DNA of 64,000 bases from an uncultured Candidatus Peribacteria bacterium (GTDB lineage Bacteria; Patescibacteriota; Gracilibacteria; RBG-16-42-10): assembly GCA_964514565.1 (NCBI GenBank), contig CAZERA010000001.1:124001-188000 (forward strand). Reading direction: 5' to 3'. Every line of letters starts with the position of its first letter. The first letter of the stretch is position 1. The notes beneath the pieces are model-generated. The model had not been told where the DNA came from. It did not search any database and was given only the letters and a program-made list of their open reading frames with translations. Of the stretch, positions 1 to 9,787 are shown piece by piece. Position numbers and translations under genes: made by a program.

Positions 1-2711
1 ACGATGGTGTCATGCACTGAGAAACCCATTACAGTAAGCAGAGCAGTAATGAAAAGTGTGTCTACCTCCAAGCGGAACACTGAGAATACACCGATGGTAA
101 TGATCAAATCATGAATCAGAGCTACTACTGCAACGATACCGAAACGCCATGGATTGAGTGTCTTTGGTACTTTGCGGAAAGCATAAGTGATGAACAAAAT
201 GATGAAGAGTGCAGCGACTGCAAGAGATTTGAAGGCATTGGTTTTGAGAGTAGCTCCAATAGTAGGCCCAATTGTTTCAAAACGTAGTTCCTGCACCTCT
301 TGGTTGTTGTTGATAAGCTTGAATTGATCCAACAATTTCTGACGAGTTTCATTGTTGATATGCTTCATGCGCAATACAAATCCATTGTTTTCAGTAGGTT
401 GTACTACGGTGTTGCTCAAGTCTGGATTGCTTTCTGCCTCCTGAAGACCATTGGCACTTGCTGCTGGTGTAGCAGTAGGATCAGCGATCTTTTGGGCATA
501 GGCGATTGGTAGCAATGATGTCTGCTTGACTACAATGTGAGTCTTGTTGATTGCATCTTGTACTTGTTGAGAGGTGACTGCTTGATTGAATTTAACTTCC
601 ATCAAAGTACCACCAGTAAAGTCGATACCGGTATGGAGACCATTGGTAAAGAGGGATACAAGCGTAATGATGATCAAGATACCAGAGAAGCCAAAGAATA
701 ATTTGTCATTCTTAACAAATTGGATATTGCTATGAGTATCACTAAATCCACACTTCCATAGTTTGGGATTCTTGAACCAACGATAACCTAGATCAATGAA
801 TGTACGAGTAAGATTGATAGCAGTAAACATACTGATCAAAATACCAATTGCCAAGGTAATAGCGAAACCCTTGATGATGTTGGTACCGAAAATAAATAGA
901 ATAAGACAAGTAATTAAACTTGAGAGGTTAGAGTCGTGAATTGAAGTCCAAGCGCGGTTGAAACCAGCTTTGATTGAAGCTTCTAGGCTCTTGCCACTTA
1001 CTAGCTCTTCTTTTAGACGTTCAAAGATCAAGATGTTTGCATCCACGGCCATACCAATAGACAGGATAAATCCGGCTATACCAGCCAAGGTAAGGGTAAT
1101 GTGGAAAGTTTGGAAAACAGCAGCACTAATGATGCCGTAGAGTGTAAGACCAAGTAATGCTGCTAAACCTGGTAGGCGATAGTAAAGCAACATGAAGACG
1201 ATCAGTACTAATAAACCGACCATGCCGGCTTTGAGAGCATTGGCGAGTGCGTCTTGACCCAATGTAGCACCTACGGTGTTTTGACCGATCAAGATTACTG
1301 GGGCAGGTAAAGCACCAGTATTCAAATTGGTAGCTAGGTCATTTGCTTGAGCAGCAGTAAAGCTACCGGTAATAATCGCTTCACCACTGTCGATTACTGT
1401 TTGCACAGTTGGAGCAGAGATATTTTCATCATCCAAGAAAATACCAATTGGTTTGTTGAGATTCTTCTTTGTGAGTTCAGTAAATAATTTCTTACCTTCG
1501 TCATTGAATTGGATCTGTACAATATAGCCCACTCCGTTGGAGTTTATAGCTGCATTAGCATGACTAAATTGCTTACCAGTGAGCCCAGTACTTACCCAAC
1601 CATCAAGTGGTTTAGCTGGTTTTTTCTTGAGCAGTAATTCCTGTCGTTTTACTTTTACTGTCTCGGTCTTGTTGGTGACTTGAATGATATGATAACCAAA
1701 TTCAGTTTCGATAGGGCCGACAATAGTATCTTTTTGAGCGCCAAATGCAGCATCCTCAAAGTTTTTCGTCATTTCGCCCTTGGTGAACGTGCCCAAACTA
1801 CCACCTTTGGTGTTACTCAAAGCATCATCAGAGTTCTCAGTTACTTCTTTAGCAAAAGTATCTTTAGTGACACGGGCCTTGATATCGTCAGCTAGTTTTT
1901 TTGCTTCTTCTTTGCTGCGAGTAACGTTTGGGCTAGCACGGTTAGCGCCTGTGTAGCTAATTAAAATATGATTTGCTTCCACCCCTTCTTCTTTTTTTGT
2001 ATCAAGAATCTTTTCTACATACGCTGCGTCTGGTGTCTCGATCATCACCAACTTTCCAGCAGGTAATTGACTAATTTGTGGCCAAATTGCTGGATCAACA
2101 CCATTCTCACTTTGGAAATCTATTTCGCCGCCAGTAGAAATATTTTTACCTTCAGACTTTTCTTTTACAATTTTAGTAAAGTCAGCACCAGGTTTTTCAG
2201 TGTCTTTCAAAATTGCCCTAGCACGTACTAATACATCAGCATTGTATTGATCATTGGCTTTTTTCTCTTCTGGAGACCATTCATCTTTTTGTTCTTTGAA
2301 TTCCAGCTGTACAGTTTTACCTACACGATTGATTGCTTCATTGATGTCTTTGACACCTGGGAGCTCTACCAAAATATAGTGGTCATCACCAAGCTGAGAT
2401 GTTTGTACTACTGCTTCAGATACGCCCAAAGCATTGATACGACGATCCATTACGCCCTTGATGCCCTCTACTACTGAGGTGCGATCACCGACAGGTATGT
2501 TGCTAGTATCTACCCGATAACGAAGCTGGGTACCACCTTGCAGATCTAGACCCAAACTAAACTTGATGTTGTTGATTGACTCAGCAATGCTGCCAGAGTC
2601 AGGAGTGCTACCAAGTACAGATTGTTTGATACTGGTAGGAGCACTAATAAAACCTAAACCTAAGGCGATAATACAGATTAGTACTACACGCGCCCATAAT
2701 TGTCTCAACAT
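1..2711 (-). CDS. secDF: Fused SecD-SecF translocase accessory subunit with two parvulin (PpiC) domains in P1; runs off the left window edge
   Basis: Not in the ORF track; translated by hand from ATG 2711 (MLRQLWARVV). SecD motifs FSLGLDLQGG, RRINALGVSE and TGALPAPV continue in frame into SecF motifs GIDFTGGT and GFSVHDTIV. Confidence 0.95.
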   Translation of the reverse strand, partial: MLRQLWARVVLICIIALGLGFISAPTSIKQSVLGSTPDSGSIAESINNIKFSLGLDLQGGTQLRYRVDTSNIPVGDRTSVVEGIKGVMDRRINALGVSEAVVQTSQLGDDHYILVELPGVKDINEAINRVGKTVQLEFKEQKDEWSPEEKKANDQYNADVLVRARAILKDTEKPGADFTKIVKEKSEGKNISTGGEIDFQSENGVDPAIWPQISQLPAGKLVMIETPDAAYVEKILDTKKEEGVEANHILISYTGANRASPNVTRSKEEAKKLADDIKARVTKDTFAKEVTENSDDALSNTKGGSLGTFTKGEMTKNFEDAAFGAQKDTIVGPIETEFGYHIIQVTNKTETVKVKRQELLLKKKPAKPLDGWVSTGLTGKQFSHANAAINSNGVGYIVQIQFNDEGKKLFTELTKKNLNKPIGIFLDDENISAPTVQTVIDSGEAIITGSFTAAQANDLATNLNTGALPAPVILIGQNTVGATLGQDALANALKAGMVGLLVLIVFMLLYYRLPGLAALLGLTLYGIISAAVFQTFHITLTLAGIAGFILSIGMAVDANILIFERLKEELVSGKSLEASIKAGFNRAWTSIHDSNLSSLITCLILFIFGTNIIKGFAITLAIGILISMFTAINLTRTFIDLGYRWFKNPKLWKCGFSDTHSNIQFVKNDKLFFGFSGILIIITLVSLFTNGLHTGIDFTGGTLMEVKFNQAVTSQQVQDAINKTHIVVKQTSLLPIAYAQKIADPTATPAASANGLQEAESNPDLSNTVVQPTENNGFVLRMKHINNETRQKLLDQFKLINNNQEVQELRFETIGPTIGATLKTNAFKSLAVAALFIILFITYAFRKVPKTLNPWRFGIVAVVALIHDLIITIGVFSVFRLEVDTLFITALLTVMGFSVHDTI

Positions 2712-2890
2712 AGTAAAAAAAGTAAAAGAAGAACGCGCCGAATATAGCATAGACTATGAGGAGAATCTATCTTATTGTCACTATCCTTTTTTGCCTGCTT
2801 TTGGGGCTCATTATTAACCTCTTTTCTGTCAAGCAGAATTATTTCATTTCTGAGCAGATAAAGTGCTTCTTGCCACTAACCTTTTTCTTT

Positions 2891-3277
2891 ATGAGAAGTA
2901 TTAATAAAGCAGTTTTACTTGGTAACTTAGCAGCTGACCCTGATGAGAAGGTTTTACCCAAGGGGCAGTCAATGGTTTCATTTCCCTTGGCAACTCACCG
3001 TGAGTATGAGCAAGACGGTGAAAGAAAAAAGTCTACTGACTTTCATCGTATTGTAATCTGGGGTAAGTTGGCCCAAGTAGCAAAACAGTATTTGGCTAAA
3101 GGGTCGGCTGTCTACTTGGAAGGCAAGATCGTCAATCGTACCTATGCCGACCAAGGTGGTGATCGTAGATTCATTACTGAAATCGTTGCGGATGAAATCA
3201 ATATCTTGACTTGGAAAACTGAAAAGGAGCAGGCGAAGATCGTGGGCAGTACGGGGCTAGCAAGTGGAACTAATTGA
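2891..3277 (+). CDS. ssb: Single-stranded DNA-binding protein without acidic C-terminal tail
   Basis: MRSINKAVLLGNL...TDFHRIVIWGKLA...YLEGKI...TEIVAD. Start moved to ATG 2891. Confidence 0.93.
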   Translation: MRSINKAVLLGNLAADPDEKVLPKGQSMVSFPLATHREYEQDGERKKSTDFHRIVIWGKLAQVAKQYLAKGSAVYLEGKIVNRTYADQGGDRRFITEIVADEINILTWKTEKEQAKIVGSTGLASGTN

Positions 3278-3954
3278 TATTTATGACTGCGAAATTACCA
3301 ATTACACCTTTGGCCAAGGCCGCTCATGACATGCGCACGTTGCTCACCTTACTGCAAGCTGACTTACTACACTGGCAGAATAAAATTGAGGAGTCGGATG
3401 CCAATCCCAATATGGTGCGAGAAGCGACTGCCATGTACACCCACACCCAAAGGTTGGGTGACTTGTTGGGCTCGCTATTGTTGCAAAATAAACAGTTAGT
3501 CGAGCCCACGGTATTTGATCTGCAGCAGTTGATCCATGATGTGCTTGATACTTATCAACAATCTTTTCCTGGAGTGAAATTTACTTTCTCTTGTAAAGGT
3601 GAAGCTTTGATCAGTGGGCTACCAGAAGAAATAAAGATTGTGATTCAGAATATTCTTGAGAATGCACTGAAATATGGCCAAAATCATGATGTTGATCCTG
3701 TGATTGATTGTCAGTTGATACGAATAGGCCAGAAATATCAGCTTACCATTACTGATCAGGGAGCCGGAATTGCTAAACAGGATCTTAATAAGGTTTTTAT
3801 CCCCTTCTTTAGAGGTAAAAATGCTACGCTACCTGGCAGTGGTTTAGGTTTAGCGATAGCGAGAGAGATTGTTCTCCACCACAACGGTAGAATTACTATT
3901 AAAAGCATAGTAAATCAGGGCACGGAGGTGGTTATTATCTTGCCTATAACTTAA
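3274..3954 (+). CDS. Sensor-less histidine kinase (HisKA + HATPase_c)
   Basis: H box AHDMRT, N box NALKY, G1 DQGAGI, F box FIPFFR, G2 GSGLGLAI. No TM or sensor domain. TTG start overlaps the ssb TGA. Confidence 0.88.
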   Translation: MIFMTAKLPITPLAKAAHDMRTLLTLLQADLLHWQNKIEESDANPNMVREATAMYTHTQRLGDLLGSLLLQNKQLVEPTVFDLQQLIHDVLDTYQQSFPGVKFTFSCKGEALISGLPEEIKIVIQNILENALKYGQNHDVDPVIDCQLIRIGQKYQLTITDQGAGIAKQDLNKVFIPFFRGKNATLPGSGLGLAIAREIVLHHNGRITIKSIVNQGTEVVIILPIT

Positions 3955-3966
3955 TGTTTATTGAGG

Positions 3967-4074
3967 AGTGAATAACAAATAGTGAATAATGAATAGTTTA
4001 AGAGCATGGGGATAACGCCAAACAACAAAGAAAGTGGCTAAACTTTTCACTATTAATCATTCATTATTCACTAT
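3967..4074. repeat. Intergenic inverted heptamer-arm element (family B)
   Basis: AGTGAAT AACAAAT AGTGAAT AATGAAT ... TTTCACT ATTAATC ATTCATT ATTCACT; shares an 18-mer with the 51690 element. Confidence 0.8.
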
Positions 4075-4183
4075 CTTCCGCCCGCCTCTTTTAAAACGAG
4101 ACTACACTACCCACTTTCCTTCCCTGTCAAACTAATATATAGTACGCAGTCACTCTCACTACGAGAGGCTATGGTACAATACA

Positions 4184-6949
4184 ATGATACGCCAATTTAT
4201 TTTTGATCATCCCTCCATGGAAAGCGCGACCAAACGACCTTGTACTCATCGATTCTTGATCGGCTTGCTTTTAGCTAGCTTGGTTTTAGTAACTAGTATT
4301 GATAAAGAATTGGTTATTGCTGTATTGAGGCAGGTAACTGTGGCCACAGTAGCTATACCTCCAGTCCAAGCTAGTTCTAATGTGTCACCCTATGGTGACA
4401 ATGTGCTTGCTGCTCAATCCCAACCATATCTTTCTGATGCAGAAACTGTTAGCAAATATTCAGCTGTCCAGGCTACTTGGGAACAAAGTGCTGATGCAGA
4501 TGTCAGTGTATGGGTGAGTAATGGTGGTGACTGGAGCGCCTTAGAAAATGACCCAGATGCTGATGTGGGTATTAGTTTGCCAGTATTACTGACTCCTGCT
4601 ACTCAACTCCAAATCAAAACGGCGGTTCGAAAAGGTACTGTAAAAAACATGCAGGTCAATTTGCTTGATCCAGGTGAGCAAGATGCTAGTCTTTTACCAC
4701 AAGCTTCTGCTGATGAGACTGTTTTGACTCGTGCTCAGTGGGGAGCCGATGAGTCTCTTCGTCTGCGCGAAACTCGTGATCGTATTCGTGCTGATGCTGC
4801 TAAAAAGGCTACTCCGAAGCCTGCAGAAACCAAAACACCTACACCAGCTCCAGTTGCTCCTACTACTGATACGCAGCAATCTGATTCTTCAGAATATGGT
4901 CCCAACTGTAGCATTCTCCAATCTAAATATCCTGACGAGTTCAAGGTCGGCCAAGTGATCTCTAGTGATACAGCTGGTAAAGCTTTTACCTGGCCAATTG
5001 CGTATACATTAAAGTTACGTAAAATTGTGGTTCATCACACGGATATGGAGATCAAAGATTATGATCAGAGTGGAACTATTGATAAAGCTGACTACGCAGC
5101 GGCGGTCCGGTCTATTTATTATTTCCATGCTATCTCTCGAGATTGGGGTGATATCGGGTACAACTATTTAATTGATCCAGCTGGTCATATCTATGAGGGT
5201 AGAGCAGGTGGTGATATGGCTATTGCTGCTCATACACTCTGTAAAAACAATGGGTCTCTTGGCGTGGCTTTACTTGGAAATTTCCAAAATCAAAATCCTA
5301 CCCCCGCCGCTTTACAAGCTTTACAAAGTTTAATTGCTGCCAAGACACAAGCTTACGGTATCGATTCGCAAGGCATGGGAATGTTTTATGGTAGTTTGTT
5401 ACCCAATATAATTGGTCACCGTAATGTTCGTGCTACTAGCTGTCCAGGTGATGCTCTCTATGCACTTTTACCTTCACTACGTAGCGGTACTTTAGCTACT
5501 CCCGAGAATGTTATTTTCCCTGCTACTGATACTAGTACTTATCGAAAACCATCGACCTTCACGAGTCCAGTGATTCCAGAGACAAGCAAGCTGTATAGAT
5601 CGCAAGCTCAATCTGTCACTGCCAGTGTCGTTGTTGAGCCAGGGAAGACAGCCAAGCCAACTATTACATTTCAAAACTTAGGCACTACTACTTGGAATCA
5701 AGATACTGTGATTCGGCCTGTTTATTTAGAAAAGGGAGCAAGTCTTCTCAAACAAGCTAAACAACAACAAGACCTTGTTTCACCCAACGGTCTAGCTACT
5801 TTTGCTCCTGAGCTGGTATTTGATAGCAAATTGTCGGGACGCGCTTTCATTATTGAATTTTATGTAGTAGCCAACAATCAAATAGAGCTCAATACTGAGA
5901 GAGCAAAAGTAAATGTCCAGGTGACTGATCAATCCAAGAGTGATGTGACTTTAAATGGTGTACCTCTCGACCAGCTCAAAACCACGTTGAGTCAGAATGC
6001 CATTGCTGCTCAATTGTTGAAATCAAGTGATCATGTGACCCAATTTCTCAGCCAAGAAATAGGTGGTCCTACCACAGCAAGTGCAAGTACTTTGGCTAAG
6101 AATATTCGAATCAAATTACAAGCACCTACTGATTCTTCAGTCGCTCTCGCTAGCAGTGATGCTAGTGTGATTATTGATAACCGGACTGTCGCTTCACTGG
6201 TACAAGGCAACACTATAATTATTGTTCCACAGTCAGCAGGCCTCTTGGTAAAACTCGGCAAAACTACTTATGACGGAGCTGTTGTTCGTCTGGTGCCTCA
6301 AGGTCAGGATGGCAAAGTTACTTTGGTAAATCTTTCTAATGTTCCAGACTGGAATAAGTCTCTCAATGACAATGTTTACCGCGATACCATGGAATGGAGA
6401 ATTGTTGGAGGTAAGCTTGTCACTATCAATGAGTTACCTGTAGAGCATTACCTACTAGGTTTGGCTGAAGTATCAAATACTGCCCATCCTGAAAAACAAA
6501 AAACGATGGCAATCATTGCCCGTAGTTATGCTCAGTACTATTTGACTAAGGCTCAGAAATTCCCTGGCATGCCTTATAACCTAGATGATGATCCTAATAG
6601 TTCTCAGAAGTACTTAGGATATGGATATGAAATGCGTTCACCAAACTTTGCTGCCGCTGTAGAAGCAACAAATAATCAAGTAGTGACGTATCAAGGTGAA
6701 GTAGTAAAAACACCTTATTTTAATAAGAGCGACGGTCGTACTCGTAGTGCTCAGGAAGTTTGGGGATGGACCAATACACCATACCTAGTATCAGTACCTG
6801 ATCCACTCTGTAAGAGTGATGATCAAAAGCTAAGTGGTCATGGCGTTGGTTTGTCAGGTTGTGGTGCTGATGGAGCTGCTGCCCGGGGATATACCGCCGA
6901 GCAGATTCTCCATTATTACTACCCTGGTACTATTATTTCGACTCTGTAA
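4184..6949 (+). CDS. Secreted N-acetylmuramoyl-L-alanine amidase (Amidase_2/PGRP-like) fused to a SpoIID/LytB domain
   Basis: TRAQWGADE, IVVHHT, WGDIGYNYLI, IYEGRAG, GHRNVRATSCPG; C-terminal INELPVEHYLLGLAE, ARSYA, SQKYLG, GHGVGLSGCGA, ILHYYYPG. Alternative start ATG 4217. Confidence 0.9.
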   Translation: MIRQFIFDHPSMESATKRPCTHRFLIGLLLASLVLVTSIDKELVIAVLRQVTVATVAIPPVQASSNVSPYGDNVLAAQSQPYLSDAETVSKYSAVQATWEQSADADVSVWVSNGGDWSALENDPDADVGISLPVLLTPATQLQIKTAVRKGTVKNMQVNLLDPGEQDASLLPQASADETVLTRAQWGADESLRLRETRDRIRADAAKKATPKPAETKTPTPAPVAPTTDTQQSDSSEYGPNCSILQSKYPDEFKVGQVISSDTAGKAFTWPIAYTLKLRKIVVHHTDMEIKDYDQSGTIDKADYAAAVRSIYYFHAISRDWGDIGYNYLIDPAGHIYEGRAGGDMAIAAHTLCKNNGSLGVALLGNFQNQNPTPAALQALQSLIAAKTQAYGIDSQGMGMFYGSLLPNIIGHRNVRATSCPGDALYALLPSLRSGTLATPENVIFPATDTSTYRKPSTFTSPVIPETSKLYRSQAQSVTASVVVEPGKTAKPTITFQNLGTTTWNQDTVIRPVYLEKGASLLKQAKQQQDLVSPNGLATFAPELVFDSKLSGRAFIIEFYVVANNQIELNTERAKVNVQVTDQSKSDVTLNGVPLDQLKTTLSQNAIAAQLLKSSDHVTQFLSQEIGGPTTASASTLAKNIRIKLQAPTDSSVALASSDASVIIDNRTVASLVQGNTIIIVPQSAGLLVKLGKTTYDGAVVRLVPQGQDGKVTLVNLSNVPDWNKSLNDNVYRDTMEWRIVGGKLVTINELPVEHYLLGLAEVSNTAHPEKQKTMAIIARSYAQYYLTKAQKFPGMPYNLDDDPNSSQKYLGYGYEMRSPNFAAAVEATNNQVVTYQGEVVKTPYFNKSDGRTRSAQEVWGWTNTPYLVSVPDPLCKSDDQKLSGHGVGLSGCGADGAAARGYTAEQILHYYYPGTIISTL

Positions 6950-9476
6950 TTAGTTCTGGTTGTTTGTCTCCAGCAGCGACTACTTCATCTGGTTCACTAG
7001 TGTCAGCCACAAAGATAGTGAATGAAGCCACATTGTCGTCTTTGTCGAGTCTCATCACAATTACGCCTTGAGTTGAGCGGCCAATTACCGGAATAGCCTG
7101 TACCGGTATTCTGATGATTTGACCTTGGCTTGATGTCACCATGACATCAGATGGCATGTCAGCTGCGGTGACGAAGTATGCTCCGACGAGTGGTCCAGTC
7201 TTGCTGGTTACTTTTGCTACACGCACACCACTACCACCACGTTTTTGAGGAGCGAATTCTTTCTTCTTACTCATTTTGCCATAACCATGTTCACTGAGTA
7301 CCAAGACATTACCGTCTTCTTCAGGTACTTTGATTAGTTGTACGACACTATCGTCCTTCTTCACACGAATACCACGCACACCTTGGCTTGCACGGCCCAT
7401 TGCACGTACATCAGACTCATGGAAGAGTACGCTTTGGCCTTGACTAGTGATGAGCATCATATGGTCTTTACCTGAGGTAGGACGTACCCATGATAATTGC
7501 TCGGTATCTTTTAGTTTGATTGCGATTAGTCCTGAAGCACGCACATTGGCAAAGTCAGTGATAGCTGTCTTTTTGATAGTGCCACCAGTGGTAGCCATGA
7601 AGTAGAATTGATTTACTTCTTTGTCTTCTTTCTCAACAGGCAACATTGCTGTAATTCTTTCTTCGGGACGTAGTTGCAAGAGATTCACAATCGCTTGTCC
7701 TTTTGCTGTACGTGAGGCTTGAGGGATTTCCCAAGTTTTCAGTCTGAATACCCGACCAGTAGAGGTGAAGAACAAGAGCTCAGTATGCGTAGTAGTACTG
7801 ACAATATGTTCTACTTGGTCCTCGTCTTTGGTAGTGATACCAGAGACACCCTTACCACCACGATGCTGTGAACGGTAGGTAGAAGGTGGTAGACGCTTGA
7901 TATAGTTACCTTGAGTCAACATTACCACCATAGCCTCATCAGGAATCAAATCCTCTTCAGAAAAGCCCTTGAGTGATTTCTTGATCAACTTAGTACGACG
8001 TTTGTCACCGTATTTAGTTTGGATCTCAGCAAGCTCTTGTTTGATGATGCTGGTTATTCTTTCTTCGCTAGCTAGGATACTTTGGAGGTCAGCGATCAAA
8101 GCCAATATTTTTTGGTATTCATCAAGCAATCTTTGGCGTTCCAGACCTGCTAATTGTTGCAAGCGCATTTCTAGAATCGCTTTAGTTTGGCGTTCTGATA
8201 GGCCAAACTTTTCTTGCAAAGAGTTACTTGCTGCTTCTTTAGTTGGAGCTTCACGAATAGTACTAATTACCTCATCAATATGATCTAGTGCTTTATTGAG
8301 ACCTTCCAAGATATGGGCACGATCTTGGGCGACCTTGAGATCATAAGTTGTACGACGAATCACTACAGTGCGGCGGTGGGCGATGAAGGTTTCAAGTAAG
8401 CCCTTGAGATTCATTAGTTTTGGTTGGAGACCATCTACCAAGGCAATCATATTCATATGAAAGTCCATTTGGAGAGTGGTGTACTCAAACAATTGATTCA
8501 GAATCTTTTTTGGATAAGCATCCTTTTTGAGCTCGATTACGATCCGGATTTGATCATCTGATTCGTCACGCAAATCACTAATGCCTACAATTTTCTTGTC
8601 ATTAACCAATGCTGCAATCTTTTCGATCAAGAGAGCTTTATTTACCTGGTAGGGGATCTCAGTAATGATGATGTCGAAGCGGCCTGTTTTCTTTTCTTCA
8701 ATCTCAGCTACACCACGCATAGTGAATTTGCCGCGGCCCGTTGTATAAGCTTCACGTAATCCTTCACCACCGTAAATAATACCAGCGGTTGGGAAGTCTG
8801 GACCGGTGACCACAGTCATCAAGTCATCCACTGTACAGTTTGGATTGTCGATCACCATTTGTAATCCATCGATTACTTCAGTGAGGTTGTGAGGGGGGAT
8901 TTTAGTAGCCAAACCTACGGCAATACCTTCACTACCATTGAGCAAAAGATTTGGCAGACTAGTAGGCAGTACTGATGGCTCTTCTTCAGAGGCATCAAAG
9001 TTGGGACGGAAGTCGACAGTTTCTTTTTCAATGTCGTTACAGAGTTGTTCAGCAAGCGCTGTCATACGTGCCTCAGTGTAACGGTAAGCAGCAGCACTAT
9101 CACCATCGATAGAACCAAAGTTTCCTTGACCATCTACTAGGGGATAGCGCAGTGAAAATGACTGAGCTAGACGGACCATTGCCCCATAAATTGGTTGATC
9201 ACCATGGGGGTGGAATTTACCAATTACTTCACCGACAATCTTTGCTGATTTGCGGTATTTAGAATTGGAGCGTAGGCCTTGTTGGTACATGCTATAGATC
9301 ACACGTCTTTGCACAGGCTTGAGACCATCACGAGCATCAGGCAAGGCACGTGCCACGATGACGGACATAGCGTACTTGAGGTAGCTATCTTGCATCTCAG
9401 TGACCAGCTCACGCTGATGCACTTTTCCAATGTCCATAGGACTCAAAAGATTCTCTTCGTTGTTGGGGGTAGACAT
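6933..9476 (-). CDS. gyrA: DNA gyrase subunit A
   Basis: [28 protein letters not shown], GyrA-box QHRGGKG. Start set at ATG 9476. Confidence 0.98.
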   Translation of the reverse strand: MSTPNNEENLLSPMDIGKVHQRELVTEMQDSYLKYAMSVIVARALPDARDGLKPVQRRVIYSMYQQGLRSNSKYRKSAKIVGEVIGKFHPHGDQPIYGAMVRLAQSFSLRYPLVDGQGNFGSIDGDSAAAYRYTEARMTALAEQLCNDIEKETVDFRPNFDASEEEPSVLPTSLPNLLLNGSEGIAVGLATKIPPHNLTEVIDGLQMVIDNPNCTVDDLMTVVTGPDFPTAGIIYGGEGLREAYTTGRGKFTMRGVAEIEEKKTGRFDIIITEIPYQVNKALLIEKIAALVNDKKIVGISDLRDESDDQIRIVIELKKDAYPKKILNQLFEYTTLQMDFHMNMIALVDGLQPKLMNLKGLLETFIAHRRTVVIRRTTYDLKVAQDRAHILEGLNKALDHIDEVISTIREAPTKEAASNSLQEKFGLSERQTKAILEMRLQQLAGLERQRLLDEYQKILALIADLQSILASEERITSIIKQELAEIQTKYGDKRRTKLIKKSLKGFSEEDLIPDEAMVVMLTQGNYIKRLPPSTYRSQHRGGKGVSGITTKDEDQVEHIVSTTTHTELLFFTSTGRVFRLKTWEIPQASRTAKGQAIVNLLQLRPEERITAMLPVEKEDKEVNQFYFMATTGGTIKKTAITDFANVRASGLIAIKLKDTEQLSWVRPTSGKDHMMLITSQGQSVLFHESDVRAMGRASQGVRGIRVKKDDSVVQLIKVPEEDGNVLVLSEHGYGKMSKKKEFAPQKRGGSGVRVAKVTSKTGPLVGAYFVTAADMPSDVMVTSSQGQIIRIPVQAIPVIGRSTQGVIVMRLDKDDNVASFTIFVADTSEPDEVVAAGDKQPELITESK

Positions 9477-9644
9477 GACACTAAAAAATAAGCAATTATT
9501 CGGCGAGAGAATAGCATAAATCCCAATTAAAAACGAATCCAAACTGATTACTAATTAGCATGCTGTGAGTGAAAACTATTTTGAATACTTATAAGCGTTT
9601 AAAGTCGATATTTACCGCTAGATAAATTGAATAAAACGCCTATA

Positions 9645-9679
9645 TTACTTCTTAACTCTTACCTCTTACTTTTTACCTC
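9645..9679. repeat. Five-unit heptamer tract (single arm of family A)
   Basis: TTACTTC TTAACTC TTACCTC TTACTTT TTACCTC. Confidence 0.75.
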
Positions 9680-9728
9680 CCGCAAAAAGTGCTATCATCT
9701 TGGCAATTTAACATCACCAGATTTGTTA

Positions 9729-9756
9729 TTGACAAATTTGATTAGAGTGTTATATT
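9729..9756 (+). promoter_or_regulatory. Sigma70-type promoter of ORF 9788
   Basis: TTGACA-16 nt-TATATT with TG extension. Confidence 0.65.
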
Positions 9757-9787
9757 TATCAGCTTTCGTTATATTAAATCTATCTGT

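Noticed and set aside
125..2817. Short ORF-track entries over secDF, and similar antisense ORFs throughout the window
   Set aside because: They are shadows of longer, recognisable genes and have no motifs of their own.
2756..2890. TM-like N-terminal extension on SSB
   Set aside because: The canonical SSB start is MRSINK at 2891; the upstream part is the AT-rich divergent promoter region.
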